Assembly: GCF_039541115.1 (NCBI RefSeq)
Contig: NZ_BAABFP010000002.1
Location: 1,054,001 to 1,118,000, forward strand
Source: Angustibacter luteus
GTDB taxonomy: Bacteria > Actinomycetota > Actinomycetes > Actinomycetales > Angustibacteraceae
Reading direction: 5' to 3'
DNA: 64,000 bases
Position 1 is the first letter of the stretch; each line of letters opens with the position of its first letter. The notes under the pieces were generated by a model. It did no database searches. It was not told the DNA's origin and saw nothing but the letters and a program-made list of their open reading frames with translations. Of the stretch, positions 22,028-34,723 are shown piece after piece. The translations under genes and the position numbers were made by a program.

Positions 22028-23355
22028 GGGGCTGCGATCACCTCGGGTGCGAACAGGGCTGAGGCTGCGGGGTCGAACGGGCATCCGCCCTCGGGGTTCT
22101 CGGCCGACGGCAGGTGCCGCAGGTACTCGTCGCGGAAGTACTGGATGGACGACGTCACCGGGCTGGTCGCCCCGTCCCCGAGCGCGCAGAACGAGCGACC
22201 CAGGATGTTGTCGCAGATGTCCAGGAGCTTGTCCAGGTCGGCCTCGATGCCCTGGCCGTGCTCGAGCCGGTGCAGGACCTGCTTCATCCAGTAGTTGCCC
22301 TCGCGGCACGGGGTGCACTTGCCGCAGGACTCGTGGGCGTAGAAGTCGATCCAGCGGTCCACCGCCCGCACGACGCAGGTGGTCTCGTCGAAGATCTGCA
22401 GCGCGCGGGTGCCCAGCATCGAGCCGGCGGCCGCGACGGACTCGAAGTCCAGCGGGACGTCCAGGTGCTCGGCCGTGAAGATCGGCGTCGACGAGCCGCC
22501 CGGCGTCCAGAACTTCAGGCCGTGCTGCTCGCTGCGCATCCCGCCGGCCATGTCCAGCAGCTCGCGCAGCGTGATGCCCAGCGGCGCCTCGTACTGGCCG
22601 GGACGCTTGACGTGCCCGGAGAGGCTGAACAGCCCGAACCCGGTGGACTTCTCGGTGCCCATGCCGGTGAACCAGTCGGCGCCGTGCCGGATGATCGCCG
22701 GCACGCTGGCGATGGACTCGACGTTGTTGACCACCGTCGGGCGGGCGTACAGGCCAGCGACCGCCGGGAACGGCGGCTTCAGCCGGGGCTGGCCGCGACG
22801 ACCCTCGAGCGAGTCCAGCAGGGCCGTCTCCTCGCCGCAGATGTAGGCGCCGGCGCCGGCGTGCACGGTGACGTCGAGGTCGAAGCCGGACCCCAGGATG
22901 TTCTTGCCCAGGAAGCCCTTCGCGTAGGCCTCCTCGACCGCGCGCATCAGCCGCCGGTAGACGTGCACGACCTCGCCACGCAGGTAGATGAACGCGTGGT
23001 TGCAGCCGATCGCGAACGAGGTGATGACGACGCCCTCGATCAGGAAGTGCGGGGCCGCCATCATCAGCGGGATGTCCTTGCAGGTGCCCGGCTCGGACTC
23101 GTCCGCGTTGACCACCAGGTAGCGCGGGCCGCCGTCCGGCGGGGGCAGGAAGCCCCACTTCATGCCCGTCGGGAAGCCGGCGCCGCCGCGGCCGCGCAGG
23201 CCGGAGTCCTTCACCGTCTGGATCAGGTCGCCCTGGGACATCCCGAGGGCGGTGCGCAGCGCCTGGTAGCCGTCGTAGCGCTCGTAGGTCTCCATCGACC
23301 AGGAGCGCTCGTCGTCCCAGAACTCGGTGAGGATGGGGGTGAGCGTGGTGGCCAT
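22024..23355 (-). CDS. nuoF: NADH-quinone oxidoreductase subunit F
   Basis: [44 protein letters not shown]. Confidence 0.97.
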   Translation of the reverse strand: MATTLTPILTEFWDDERSWSMETYERYDGYQALRTALGMSQGDLIQTVKDSGLRGRGGAGFPTGMKWGFLPPPDGGPRYLVVNADESEPGTCKDIPLMMAAPHFLIEGVVITSFAIGCNHAFIYLRGEVVHVYRRLMRAVEEAYAKGFLGKNILGSGFDLDVTVHAGAGAYICGEETALLDSLEGRRGQPRLKPPFPAVAGLYARPTVVNNVESIASVPAIIRHGADWFTGMGTEKSTGFGLFSLSGHVKRPGQYEAPLGITLRELLDMAGGMRSEQHGLKFWTPGGSSTPIFTAEHLDVPLDFESVAAAGSMLGTRALQIFDETTCVVRAVDRWIDFYAHESCGKCTPCREGNYWMKQVLHRLEHGQGIEADLDKLLDICDNILGRSFCALGDGATSPVTSSIQYFRDEYLRHLPSAENPEGGCPFDPAASALFAPEVIAAP

Positions 23356-23357
23356 GC

Positions 23358-24202
23358 TCAGACCTCCTTCTCGTGGGCGGCGCCCTCGCTGCCGGCGTCA
23401 CCCGACGGCGGCTTGACCTCTGCGTCGTTCGCACTCGGCGCTTGCTTCTTCTTGGTGGACTTGGCGGCGACCTTCTCGACTGGCGCGGGAGCCGTGCCGT
23501 TGCCGCCCGACGGAGCCTGCCAGCCCTTCTCCCGAGCCAGCTTCAGGCCCTCCAGCGACGGGCCGGCAGCGCCGACACCTTCGTCGGCCAGGCCGTCCGA
23601 GAAGCCCGCCAGGGTGCGCGAGACCTGCTTGAACGTGCAGACCTTGGACGGACCGCGGGTCGGGCGGACGTCGGCACCGGAGCGCAGCTGGTCGGTGAGC
23701 TCGCGAGCGCTGGCCGGGGTCTGGTTGTCGAAGAACTCCCAGTTGACCATCACCACGGGAGCGAAGTCGCAGGCCGCGTTGCACTCCACCCGCTCGAGGG
23801 TGATCGCGCCGTCCTCGGTGGTCTCGTCGTGGCCGACGTCCAGGTGCTCGGACAGCGCCTCGAAGATCTGGTCGCCGCCCATGATCGCGCACAGCGTGTT
23901 GGTGCAGACGCCGACGGTGTACGTGCCGTTGGGGTGGCGCTTGTACTGGGTGTAGAACGTCGCGACGCCGGCCACCTCGGCCGTGGTCAGGTCGAGGGTG
24001 CGCGCACAGAACTCGACGCCGCGCTGGCTGACGAAGCCCTCCTCGGACTGCACGAGGTGCAGCAGCGGGAGCAGCGCGGAGCGCTTCTGCGGGTAGCGCG
24101 AGACGATCTGCGCGGCGTCCACGTCGAGTCGCTCGAGGTCGGCGGCCGAGTAGGTCTCGGCGCCCTCGTCGGCCGTGAACACCTGCTGGTACTCCGCGGA
24201 CA

Positions 24203-24203
<1 letters not shown>
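23358..24203 (-). CDS. nuoE: NADH-quinone oxidoreductase subunit E
   Basis: [28 protein letters not shown]. Confidence 0.95.
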
Positions 24204-25581
<1,378 letters not shown>

Positions 25582-25582
<1 letters not shown>

Positions 25583-26334
25583 CAGCTGTACGACCTCCGC
25601 TCGTCGGGCGGCGGGATCTGCGCGCCCTTGTACTCGACGGGGATGCCGCCGAGGGGGTAGTCCTTGCGCTGCGGGTGACCCGGCCAGTCGTCCGGCATGA
25701 GGATGCGGGTCAGCGCCGGGTGCCCGGTGAACTCGATGCCGAACATGTCCCAGGTCTCACGCTCGTGCCAGTCGTTGCCCGGCCAGACCCGCACGACGCT
25801 GGGGATGGTGCGGTCGTCGTCCGGGCAGGTCACCTCGAGCCGCACCCGGCGGCCGTGCGTGAGGGACACCAGGTGGTAGACCGCGTGCAGCTCTCGACCC
25901 ACCTGCTCGGGGTAGTGCACCCCGCCGACGCCCGAGCAGATCTCGAAGCGCAGCGTCGGCTCGTCGCGCAGTGCCTGGGCGACGCTCAGCAGGCCCGAGC
26001 GACGGACGAACAGGGTGAGCTCGCCGTGCTCGACGACGACCTTCTCGATGGCGTCGTCAAAACTCGTCCCCGCGTCGTCGAGCGCGGCCGCCAGGTCGGT
26101 CGCGGCGCCCTCGAACCAGCCCTCGAGCGGCCGCTCCGCGGGTGCCCCGAAGGCGACCGGACGGACCAGGCCGCCGTAGCCGGAGGTGTCGCCCGTCTGG
26201 GCGCCGAACATGCCGGTGCGGACCTCGATGACCTCGGCCTCGGCCTGGGTCTTCGCCACCTCGGACGTCGTCGGCGCGGCCTCCTGGGCCACGACGGCGT
26301 CCTGCTTGGTCTGGTCCGGGGTCTCGTCGCTCAT
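25582..26334 (-). CDS. nuoC: NADH-quinone oxidoreductase subunit C
   Basis: [22 protein letters not shown]. Confidence 0.95.
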
Positions 26335-26885
26335 CGCAGCAGCCCGTGCATGTGCTCGGTCGGCGTGGCCTGCAGCGCGGCCGCCTCGGCGGCGCGGGCC
26401 GCCTCCACGCGGTTGGCGCCGAGCGGCATGGTCTGGATGTGCTGGTGGAGCGTGATGATCGCGTTCAGCAGCATCTGCGGGCGGGGCGGACAGCCCGGCA
26501 GGTAGATGTCGACCGGGATCACGTGGTCGACGCCCTGCACGATCGCGTAGTTGTTGAACATGCCCCCACTGCTGGCGCACACGCCCATCGAGATGACCCA
26601 CTTCGGCTCGGGCATCTGGTCGTATACCTGACGCACCACCGGTGCCATCTTCTGGCTGACCCGGCCGGCCACGATCATCAGGTCGGCCTGGCGCGGCGTG
26701 GCACTGAAGCGCTCCATGCCGAACCGGGCGATGTCGTAGTCCGGCGTGCCGACGGCCATCATCTCGATGGCGCAGCAGGCCAGACCGAACGTCGCCGGCC
26801 ACACCGAGCTCTTCCGCATGTAGCCGGCGAGAGCCTCGACCGTGGTCAGCATGAAGCCGGCTGGCAGCTTCTCCTCGATACCCAT
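26331..26885 (-). CDS. nuoB: NADH-quinone oxidoreductase subunit B
   Basis: [26 protein letters not shown]. Confidence 0.97.
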   Translation of the reverse strand: MGIEEKLPAGFMLTTVEALAGYMRKSSVWPATFGLACCAIEMMAVGTPDYDIARFGMERFSATPRQADLMIVAGRVSQKMAPVVRQVYDQMPEPKWVISMGVCASSGGMFNNYAIVQGVDHVIPVDIYLPGCPPRPQMLLNAIITLHQHIQTMPLGANRVEAARAAEAAALQATPTEHMHGLLR

Positions 26886-26892
26886 CTCGACC

Positions 26893-27252
26893 TCAGTCCC
26901 AGTCCAGCCCACCGCGACGCCAGACGTAGGCGTAGGCGATGAACACGGTGAGGATGAACAGCACCACCTCGACGAGGGCGAACAGACCCAGGCGGTTGAA
27001 CGCGACCGCGAACGGGATCAGGAACACCGACTCGATGTCGAAGATGATGAACAGCATGGCGGTCAGGAAGTACTTGACCGGGAACCGGCCGCCGCCGACG
27101 GCGTGCGGCGTCGGCTCGATGCCGCACTCGTAGGCGTCCAGCTTGGCGCGGTTGTAGCGCTTGGGCCCGGACAGCGAACCGGCGGCGATCGAGAAGACCG
27201 CGAAGCCTGCTCCGATGGCGAACAGGACGAGGATCGGCACGTACGGGTTCAC
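26893..27252 (-). CDS. nuoA: NADH-quinone oxidoreductase subunit A
   Basis: YECGIEP, FDIE; first gene of the operon; SD AGAGGGGAG upstream. Confidence 0.96.
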   Translation of the reverse strand: MNPYVPILVLFAIGAGFAVFSIAAGSLSGPKRYNRAKLDAYECGIEPTPHAVGGGRFPVKYFLTAMLFIIFDIESVFLIPFAVAFNRLGLFALVEVVLFILTVFIAYAYVWRRGGLDWD

Positions 27253-27360
27253 GCCGTCTCGCTCCCCTCTGGTTCCTGGTCGTGGCGGGTCGTGTGCGGT
27301 CGTTCCCTACGCTCACCAGCGCCCTAGCGGACCCAATCCTAGGGCCGACGAACGAGGGCT

Positions 27361-27379
27361 CTAGGTAAGGCAAGCCTCA
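27361..27379. promoter_or_regulatory. Putative DtxR/IdeR iron box in the nuoA leader
   Basis: CTAGGTAAGGCAAGCCTCA matches TWAGGTWAGSCTWACCTWA at 15 of 19 positions by my count. Confidence 0.55.
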
Positions 27380-27405
27380 CTAGCGGCGGAGGCGGCTCGT
27401 GGGGC

Positions 27406-27423
27406 TTGTGACTGGCTTCACGA
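27406..27423. promoter_or_regulatory. Rex operator upstream of nuoA
   Basis: TTGTGACTGGCTTCACGA versus TTGTGAA-N4-TTCACAA; lies just downstream of a TAGAGT -10 (27432-27437, minus strand). Confidence 0.75.
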
Positions 27424-27503
27424 GCGCTTGCACTCTACGCGCAGGCTCCTGCAACGAACGGACCGGCACCCCCCTCTGCTGGAGGTGTGCCGGCCGAGTC
27501 GAC

Positions 27504-27677
27504 TCAGTGCTTGAAGGCGTCCTTCACCTTCTCAGCGGCCTGCTTGATGTCGGACTTGGCCTGGTCGCCCTTGCCCTCGGCCTCGAGCTGCTCGTTGTCC
27601 GTCAGCTTGCCGGCGGCCTCCTTGGCCTTGCCCTGCAAGTCTTCGCCGCTGTTCTGCAGCTTGTCGTCGGCGCCCAT
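27504..27677 (-). CDS. csbD: CsbD family protein (57 aa, not in the ORF track)
   Basis: Hand translation MGADDKLQNSGEDLQGKAKEAAGKLTDNEQLEAEGKGDQAKSDIKQAAEKVKDAFKH; SD AAGGAG. Confidence 0.92.
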   Translation of the reverse strand: MGADDKLQNSGEDLQGKAKEAAGKLTDNEQLEAEGKGDQAKSDIKQAAEKVKDAFKH

Positions 27678-27758
27678 GGGGATCTCCTTAGGTTGGGAAC
27701 CTCTCCAGTCAAGACCTGGTGCGCCCGACCCGCATCTCAGGGACGACGAGCTGGGGGC

Positions 27759-28451
27759 TCAGGGACGACGAGCGCGATGCAGCGCGACGATCCCGCCGGA
27801 CAGGTTGCGCCAGGCGACCTCACCCCAACCGGCCTGCTGGAGCCGGCTGGACAACGCGGTCTGGTCCGGCCACTCGCGGATCGACTCCGCGAGGTACACG
27901 TACGAGTCCGGGTTCGAGCTGACCCGCCGGGCGATCGACGGCAGCGCTCGCATCAGGTAGTTCACGTAGATCGCCCGGAACGGCGCCCACACCGGGTGGC
28001 TGAACTCGCACACCACCAGGCGGCCGCCCGGCTTGGTGACCCGCAGCAGCTCGCGCAGCGCCAGGTCGGTGTCGACGACGTTGCGCAGGCCGAACGACAT
28101 CGTGACGGCGTCGAAGCTCGCGTCGGCGAACGGCAGCCGGGTCGCGTCGCCGGCGGTGAACGACAGGTCCGGACGACGGCGCTTGCCCACCCGCAGCATG
28201 CCGAGCGAGAAGTCCGCCGGCACGACGCGCGAGCCGGCGTCCACGAACGGCTCGCTGCTGGTGCCGGTGCCGGCGGCCAGGTCGAGCACCATCTCACCGG
28301 GCCGCGCGTCCAGGGCGCGCACCACGGCGCGGCGCCACAGCCGGTCCTGGCCCAGGGAGAGCACGTCGTTGGTCAGGTCGTAGCGGTCCGCGACGGTGTC
28401 GAACATCGCGGCGACCTCGTCGGGCCGCTTGTCCAGGTGGGCTCTGCTCAC
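27759..28451 (-). CDS. menG: Demethylmenaquinone methyltransferase
   Basis: [44 protein letters not shown]. Confidence 0.95.
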   Translation of the reverse strand: MSRAHLDKRPDEVAAMFDTVADRYDLTNDVLSLGQDRLWRRAVVRALDARPGEMVLDLAAGTGTSSEPFVDAGSRVVPADFSLGMLRVGKRRRPDLSFTAGDATRLPFADASFDAVTMSFGLRNVVDTDLALRELLRVTKPGGRLVVCEFSHPVWAPFRAIYVNYLMRALPSIARRVSSNPDSYVYLAESIREWPDQTALSSRLQQAGWGEVAWRNLSGGIVALHRARRP

Positions 28452-28511
28452 GGCGCCATCCTCGCGCACCTCGTGCCGACGTCCGAGCCAGGCCCACCTA
28501 CTCTGGTGCGC

Positions 28512-29774
28512 GTGACCGTCGCCCCGTCTGCCGCCGCGGCACCGCTCGTCGTCCGCACCAGCGAGATCGACGACCCCGGTCCGCTGCTCTCGTTGCTGCC
28601 CGACCAGCCCGCCGCGTCGTGGGTCCGGCAGGGCGAGGGCATCGTCGGGTGGGGCGAGGCCGCGCGCTTCGAGTCCAGCGACACCGACCGGTTCGAGACC
28701 GCGCAGGCCTGGTGGCGCGAGATGGTCGAGCACGCGGTGGTCCGCGACGAGGTCGGCGTGCCGGGCACCGGCGCCGTGGCGTTCGGCTCGTTCGCGTTCG
28801 ACGCGCGGTCCGCGCGCTCCAGCGTCCTCACCCTGCCATCCGTCCTCGTCGGCTCCCGGCACGGCCGCACCTGGGTGACAACCATTGCGGCGCAAGGGGT
28901 TCTGCCCGCGGCCGCCGACCTGTCGGTGCACCGCGCGAGCGGGCCCGGGCCGGTCAGCTTCGCGGACGGGTCCATGTCCGCGGCGAACTGGGAGCTCGTC
29001 ATCGCGAACGCCGTCGAGCGGATCGCGGCCGGTGACGTCGACAAGGTCGTGCTGGCCCGCGACCTGGAGGCCCGGACGGCTGGCCCCATCGACGTGCGCT
29101 GGCTGCTCACCGGTCTGGCCGAGCGCTACCCGGGTTGCTGGACCTTCGCGGTGGACGGCCTGGTGGGTGCGACCCCGGAGCTGCTGGTCCGGCTCGAACG
29201 CGGCCTGGTGCACTCCCGGGTGCTCGCCGGCACCATCCGACGGACCGGGGACGACGAGCACGACCTGGCGCTGGCCGGCTCGCTGGCCCGTTCCAGCAAG
29301 GACCTGGAGGAGCACGAGTACGCCGTCCGGTCGCTGGCCGAGGCGCTGGCGCCGCATTGCTCCTCGATGAACGTGCCCGAGTCGCCATTCGTGCTGCACC
29401 TGCCGAACGTCATGCACCTGGCCACCGACGTGGCAGGCGTGCTGGCGGACGGCGCGACGTCCCTCACCCTGGCCGCCGCGCTGCATCCGACCGCGGCTGT
29501 CGGCGGAACCCCCACTGCCGCAGCGATCGAGCTGATCCGCGAGCTGGAGGGCATGGACCGCGGGCGGTACGCCGGGCCGGTCGGCTGGACCGACTCGACG
29601 GGTGACGGCGAGTGGGGCATCGCGCTGCGCTGCGCCGAGACCGACCCGAGCGACCCGCAGCGGCTGCGGCTGTTCGCCGGCTGCGGCATCGTGGCCGGTT
29701 CGGACCCGGAGGCCGAGCTGGCCGAGTCCGACGCGAAGCTGGTCCCGATGCGCGACGCCCTCTCCGGGGCCTGA
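28512..29774 (+). CDS. menF: Isochorismate synthase
   Basis: [38 protein letters not shown]; men context. Confidence 0.9.
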   Translation: MTVAPSAAAAPLVVRTSEIDDPGPLLSLLPDQPAASWVRQGEGIVGWGEAARFESSDTDRFETAQAWWREMVEHAVVRDEVGVPGTGAVAFGSFAFDARSARSSVLTLPSVLVGSRHGRTWVTTIAAQGVLPAAADLSVHRASGPGPVSFADGSMSAANWELVIANAVERIAAGDVDKVVLARDLEARTAGPIDVRWLLTGLAERYPGCWTFAVDGLVGATPELLVRLERGLVHSRVLAGTIRRTGDDEHDLALAGSLARSSKDLEEHEYAVRSLAEALAPHCSSMNVPESPFVLHLPNVMHLATDVAGVLADGATSLTLAAALHPTAAVGGTPTAAAIELIRELEGMDRGRYAGPVGWTDSTGDGEWGIALRCAETDPSDPQRLRLFAGCGIVAGSDPEAELAESDAKLVPMRDALSGA

Positions 29775-29787
29775 CCGCGGGGTCCGT

Positions 29788-30222
29788 TCAGTGGTCGCGA
29801 GCACCGCCCTGACGGCGCCGCTGCTTGCGGATCTGCTCGAGCTCGGCCGCAGCGAGCCGGCCCGGCCTGCGCGCGTACGCCAGCGCGCGACCGGAGTCGG
29901 AGAACGCCGACACCGTGTGCGTGCGCGAGTCCCGGCACCGCACCCAGACCGTGCCGTCGTACCCGAAGCGCTGGATCTCGCGCCAGGGGATCGCCACGGT
30001 GCGGAACCAGTTCACCAGGAACACGTGTTCCTGGCCGACGACCACCCGCAACGTCCACCCCCGCGCGGCGGCGAAGAAGCACGCGGCTGCTCCGATCTCC
30101 GCGAGGTAGCGGGCCGGGGTATCCCGCGACAGCGCCACGGCCAGCAGCAGCACTCCGAACCCGAGCAGCGCCAGCAGCTGGATCAGGCGTTGCCACAGCG
30201 GCGGACGGATCACTCGGTGCAC
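29788..30222 (-). CDS. Hypothetical membrane protein (bacterial PH-domain-like)
   Basis: Two TM helices followed by [14 protein letters not shown]; start uncertain (30222 or 30261). Confidence 0.6.
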   Translation of the reverse strand: MHRVIRPPLWQRLIQLLALLGFGVLLLAVALSRDTPARYLAEIGAAACFFAAARGWTLRVVVGQEHVFLVNWFRTVAIPWREIQRFGYDGTVWVRCRDSRTHTVSAFSDSGRALAYARRPGRLAAAELEQIRKQRRRQGGARDH

Positions 30223-30299
30223 CCGAGCATGGTGCCCGACGCCGGCTTCCGTCGCCTGCATCTGGCAGCAGGCGGTGCTCAGGGGTACGTTGCCGAGGC

Positions 30300-31409
30300 A
30301 TGAGCGCCCGAATTGCGTTGCGTCAGCTGATCCGTCCCCTCGCCGTGGTCGTGACGGCGGCCGCCCTGGCCGTCCCGGTCGGCCTCGTGTCGGCCCAAGG
30401 TGCGGCCGCGCACCCGAGAGGTGGTGAACACGTGAGCTGGCAGGACACCCCGACCGGTTCGACGGCCCAGTTTCGCGGCTTGGCGCCGGTCAGCCGCAAG
30501 GTCGCCTGGGTCTCCGGCACCGAGGGCACGGTGCTGCGCACCACGGACGGCGGGCGTACCTGGGACGACGTCTCCCCCGCCGGCGACCTGAGCGCCCTGC
30601 AGTTCCGCGACATCGAGGCGTTCGACGCCCAGCACGCCGTGATCCTGTCCATCGGCGACACGACGGGCGCGTTCCGGATCTACCGGACGTCGAACGGCGG
30701 CCGCACCTGGCAGCTCGGCTTCACCAACACCGACCCGGCCGCGTTCTACGACTGCATGGGCTTCTGGGACGCCCGGCACGGCATCGCGATGAGCGACCCG
30801 GTCGACGGCAAGTTCCGGATCATCACGACGAAGGACGGCGGCCGGTCCTGGTCCGTCGTCGACCCGGCCGGGATGGTGCCGGCCCTGGACGGCGAGTTCG
30901 GCTTCGCGGCCAGTGGCACCTGCCTGGTCACCGCGGGCAGCCGGGACGCCTGGATCGCGACCGGCGGCGGCGCGCAGTCCCGGGTGCTGCGCACCCACGA
31001 CGGCGGGCGCACCTGGCGGGCCGCGACCACGGCCGTGCCCAGCGGGCCGAGCGCGGGCATCTACTCGCTCGCCGTCCGGGGCCGGTCGCAGCTGCTGGCG
31101 GTCGGCGGCGACTACGCCCTGCCGGACGCCGGCGTGGTCTCGGCGACCTCGTTCGACGCCGGGCACCGGTTCCTGGCCGGTGGGGCGAACGGCGGCTACC
31201 GGTCCGGCTCGGCCTGGCTGCCGCGGACCTGGGCGTCGGCGATCGCCGTCGGCCCGACCGGCTCGGACGTGTCCACCGACGCCGGGCGGCACTGGCGCAC
31301 GTTCGACACCACCAGCCTGGACAGCGTGGCCTGCACCCGGGACGGCGCGTGCTGGGGCTCAGGCGCGGCCGGCCGGGTCACGAAGCTGGTGAGCCAGCCC
31401 GGTCGCTGA
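30300..31409 (+). CDS. Secreted BNR/Asp-box beta-propeller protein (Ycf48-like)
   Basis: Signal peptide; repeated T-x-DGGRTW Asp-box motifs. Confidence 0.85.
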   Translation: MSARIALRQLIRPLAVVVTAAALAVPVGLVSAQGAAAHPRGGEHVSWQDTPTGSTAQFRGLAPVSRKVAWVSGTEGTVLRTTDGGRTWDDVSPAGDLSALQFRDIEAFDAQHAVILSIGDTTGAFRIYRTSNGGRTWQLGFTNTDPAAFYDCMGFWDARHGIAMSDPVDGKFRIITTKDGGRSWSVVDPAGMVPALDGEFGFAASGTCLVTAGSRDAWIATGGGAQSRVLRTHDGGRTWRAATTAVPSGPSAGIYSLAVRGRSQLLAVGGDYALPDAGVVSATSFDAGHRFLAGGANGGYRSGSAWLPRTWASAIAVGPTGSDVSTDAGRHWRTFDTTSLDSVACTRDGACWGSGAAGRVTKLVSQPGR

Positions 31410-33096
31410 GGGCGGACGCCGCGGCCTGGTGGAGCCGGTCGCGCAGGTCGCGGTGCGCGCTGCGGTCGACGCGCACCTCGACCACCCGCAACCCGACCGG
31501 CCGCAGTCCGATCTCGGCGGCCAGCTCCTCGGCGGTCTGCGCGCTGACGTGCTCGACGCCGGCCCCCGCGCAGAAGCCCGCGAGGTCGGCTCCGTGCGGG
31601 GTGCCGAACACGCGGTCGAACGCGTCGGAGTGCTGCGGTGCACCGGGTTCCAGGGTCGTGAAGATGCCCCCGCCGTCGTCGTTGACGACCACCACGGTGA
31701 GGTTCGGCTGCGGCTCGTGCGGTCCGACGACCAGCCCGGCCACGTCGTGCAGGAACGTCAGGTCGCCCATGAGCGCGTACGTCGGCCGATCGTGTGCGAG
31801 AGCGACCCCCACCGCGGTCGAGAGGCAGCCGTCGATCCCGGCCAGACCGCGGCTCGCGGCCACCAACGGCCCACCGCCCGCCCCGGCGAGGTCGAGGTCG
31901 CGCACCGGGTTGGACGACCCGACGAACAGGCTCGTGTCGGTTCCCAGCCGGTCGAGCAACGTCGCCGCGACCGCGAGCCCGCTGGGCCAGGAGTCGGCGG
32001 TCAGCGGCGAGACCGCCTGTGCCACAGCCCGTCCGGCCCGCTCCCAGGCGGCCAGCCAGTCCGGGTGGGCCACCCCTGCGTGGTGCCCGGGCGCGCGCAG
32101 GGCCTCGAGCGGGAGGACCCGGCGAACCCGAGCGCCCGGGTCGGGCCACGGTCCGCTCGGTCCGACGAGGTCGACGTCCGTCGCGTCGTGCCCGAGCAGC
32201 GCGGCAACGGCACGGCTCAGCGTCGGGCGACCGACGACGACGACGCGCTCGGGTCGGTGCGCGTCCAGCCAGTCCGCGCTGCCGAGCAGCAGCGAGCCGT
32301 GCGGCAGGGCGCGAACCCGCGCGCCGCGGCTTGACGGCTCCGCCACCACCGGCCAGCCGTGCGCCTGGGCGACCTCGGCCGCCGCCGCACCCCAGTCCGG
32401 CCCGGCCAGCGGCAGGTCGCCGACCAGCACCAGGGTGCGGCGTCCGTCGTCGTCGATCGGCTCGGTCGAGATCGCCTGCGGCGCGGCGCTCGTCCACGGG
32501 CTGCCGTCGGCGCGGCCGTCGCGCTCCGCTCCGCCCGGCGAACCGTCCGGTACCAGCGGCTCACGGAACGGCAGGTTCAGGTGCACCGGGCCGGGCTGCC
32601 CACCCCGGTCACCCTGGGCCGCCAGCACCGCGCGGGAGGCTACCGAGCGCCAGGTGGGGGCCTGGCCCGGACGGTCGTCCGGGGTGCCCAGGTCGTGCTG
32701 CCAGCGGACCGCGGAGCCGAAGATCGCGACCTGGTCGGTGGTCTGGTTCGCCCCCGTCGCGCGCAGCTCGGGCGGCCGGTCGGCGGTCAGCAGCAGCAGC
32801 GGGACGCTCGCGTGGGACGCCTCGAGGACCGCCGGGTGCAGGTTGGCCACCGCGGTGCCGGACGTCGTCACCACCGGGACGGCGCGGCCACTGGCCTTCG
32901 CCAGGCCGAGCGCGAGGAAGGCGGCCGACCGCTCGTCGGTGCGCACGTGCAGCCGCAGAGCGCCAGCGCCGTCAGCCGCGTGAAGGGCGAACGCCAGTGG
33001 CGCCGACCGCGATCCGGGGCAGAGCACGGCCTCCCGGACGCCGTGCCGCACCAGCTCGTCGACCAGGACCCGGGCGCAGGCAGTGGCGGGGTTCAC
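31378..33096 (-). CDS. menD: SEPHCHC synthase
   Basis: CPGSRSAPL, DERSAAFLALG, TSGTAVAN, TADRP, GDLTFLHD, NDDGGGIF. Confidence 0.95.
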   Translation of the reverse strand: MNPATACARVLVDELVRHGVREAVLCPGSRSAPLAFALHAADGAGALRLHVRTDERSAAFLALGLAKASGRAVPVVTTSGTAVANLHPAVLEASHASVPLLLLTADRPPELRATGANQTTDQVAIFGSAVRWQHDLGTPDDRPGQAPTWRSVASRAVLAAQGDRGGQPGPVHLNLPFREPLVPDGSPGGAERDGRADGSPWTSAAPQAISTEPIDDDGRRTLVLVGDLPLAGPDWGAAAAEVAQAHGWPVVAEPSSRGARVRALPHGSLLLGSADWLDAHRPERVVVVGRPTLSRAVAALLGHDATDVDLVGPSGPWPDPGARVRRVLPLEALRAPGHHAGVAHPDWLAAWERAGRAVAQAVSPLTADSWPSGLAVAATLLDRLGTDTSLFVGSSNPVRDLDLAGAGGGPLVAASRGLAGIDGCLSTAVGVALAHDRPTYALMGDLTFLHDVAGLVVGPHEPQPNLTVVVVNDDGGGIFTTLEPGAPQHSDAFDRVFGTPHGADLAGFCAGAGVEHVSAQTAEELAAEIGLRPVGLRVVEVRVDRSAHRDLRDRLHQAAASALSDRAGSPAS

Positions 33097-33194
33097 CCGG
33101 CCGATCCTGCCATCACCTGGGCGCGGCACGACCGATGACTTCGCGCCGCACCGCCGGTCTGCTTTTCTGGTACCCGACCACAGGAGGCCCGACC

Positions 33195-33668
33195 ATGCCC
33201 CAGCTCGTCCCGAACCTCTGGTTCGACACCCAGGCCCACGATGCCGCCGAGTTCTACGTCTCGGTCTTCAAGAACTCGCGGATCGTCCACGTCGCCCACT
33301 ACGGCGACGCCGGTCCGCGCGAGGCTGGATCGGTGCTGAGCGTCGACTTCGAGCTCGACGGGCAGCCGTTCATCGGGATCAACGGCGGGCCGGAGTTCAC
33401 CTTCGACGAAGCGGTGTCGTTCAAGGTCCCCTGCGCCGACCAGGCCGAGGTCGACTACTACTGGGACGCACTGCTGGCGGGCGGCGGCGAGGAGTCGCAG
33501 TGCGGGTGGCTCAAGGACCGGTTCGGGTTGTCCTGGCAGGTCGTGCCGGACGCGTTGGGCGAGCTGCTGGGCGACCCCGATCCCGAGCGCGCGAGCCGCG
33601 CGATGCGGGCCATGCTCGGCATGCGCAAGCTGGACGTCGCCGCGCTCCGCGCCGCGGCCGACGGCTGA
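33195..33668 (+). CDS. VOC family protein (PhnB/3-dmu-9_3-mt-like)
   Basis: PNLWFD, INGGPEF, QCGWLKDRFGLSWQVVP; SD AGGAGG. Confidence 0.9.
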   Translation: MPQLVPNLWFDTQAHDAAEFYVSVFKNSRIVHVAHYGDAGPREAGSVLSVDFELDGQPFIGINGGPEFTFDEAVSFKVPCADQAEVDYYWDALLAGGGEESQCGWLKDRFGLSWQVVPDALGELLGDPDPERASRAMRAMLGMRKLDVAALRAAADG

Positions 33669-33685
33669 GCGCGGCTCCCGCAGTC

Positions 33686-34705
33686 TCAGCGCGTCTCAGC
33701 TCGGGCTCGGGCCAGGACGTCGTAGCACCGCACCAGACGGTCGAGCCACCACTCGCGGCGGTCGGCTGGCGCAGCGCACTGCGCCAGCGCGTCCGGGGCG
33801 ACGTCGCTGGCGGCGGACACCGACAGCACCCCGCCTGACGGTCTCAGGGGGGCGCTCGCCACATCGCGCTCGAACAGGCCGACCGTGCCGAGACCGCAGG
33901 CGAACGGCAGCACGGGCAGCGCCGCCGCGAGCGCCACACCGCCCGCGATGCCCACCGAGGTGTCCAACGCCGACGACACGACGACGGGTAGCCCGCAGGC
34001 GGCGGCGACCTCCAGGGCCGACGCCACCCCACCGAGCGGCGCGACCTTGACGACGACGACGTCGGCGCTGCCGGTTGCCGCGACGCGCAGGGGGTCCTCG
34101 GCCTTGCGGATGCTCTCGTCGGCCGCGACCAGCACGTCGAGGCCGGCCCGCGCCAGGTCGACCCGCAGCGCGGCGAGCTCCGGCAGCGTCGCGCAGGGCT
34201 GCTCGGCGTACTCCAGCTCGTACGGCGCCAGGGCGGCGAGCGCCCGGCGCGCGTCGTCCACGGTCCAGGCGCCGTTCGCGTCGACCCGGACGCGCCCGGA
34301 CGCCCCCAGCAGGGCACGGACCTCGGCCACTCGCGCGACGTCGTCGGACAGCGACTGACCCGGCTCGGCCACCTTGACCTTCGCGGTGGTGCACCCGTCG
34401 AACCGGGCCAGGACGCCGGCGACGTCGGCGGCCCGGACCGCGGGCACCGTGGCGTTCACCGGCACGACGTCCCGGACGGCCGCCGGCGGCGGCCGCCAGC
34501 CCGAGTCGAGGGCCGCGGCGAGCCAACGGGCGGCCTCGGCGTCCCCGTACTCCAGGAACGGCGAGAACTCGCCCCAGCCGGCCGGCCCCTGCAGCAGCAA
34601 CGCCTCCCGCACCTCGACCCCGCGAAAGCGCACCCGCATGGGCAGGCTCACGACGTGCGCGGACGCGAGGAGGTCGTCGAGCCGGGGCAGGGAGGGCTGG
34701 TGCAC
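33686..34705 (-). CDS. menC: o-Succinylbenzoate synthase
   Basis: GWGEFSPF, KVKV, RVDANG, EQP, ADES, VVKVAPLGG. Confidence 0.93.
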   Translation of the reverse strand: MHQPSLPRLDDLLASAHVVSLPMRVRFRGVEVREALLLQGPAGWGEFSPFLEYGDAEAARWLAAALDSGWRPPPAAVRDVVPVNATVPAVRAADVAGVLARFDGCTTAKVKVAEPGQSLSDDVARVAEVRALLGASGRVRVDANGAWTVDDARRALAALAPYELEYAEQPCATLPELAALRVDLARAGLDVLVAADESIRKAEDPLRVAATGSADVVVVKVAPLGGVASALEVAAACGLPVVVSSALDTSVGIAGGVALAAALPVLPFACGLGTVGLFERDVASAPLRPSGGVLSVSAASDVAPDALAQCAAPADRREWWLDRLVRCYDVLARARAETR

Positions 34706-34723
34706 CCGCCTATCCTCGCGGAT

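Noticed and set aside
19559..23434. Apparent 1291-aa NuoG, and similarly extended menF, menG, menC, korB and LAL ORFs
   Set aside because: Upstream extensions overlap real genes in other frames; homology starts at the internal start codons used above, so these are not fusions
27253..27360. Riboswitch or tRNA in the nuoA leader
   Set aside because: Only a short GCCCTAG/CTAGGGC stem; no recognisable aptamer or cloverleaf
33195..33668. Possible quinone methyltransferase
   Set aside because: The family name 3-dmu-9_3-mt is misleading; the protein has a VOC fold and no SAM-binding motif
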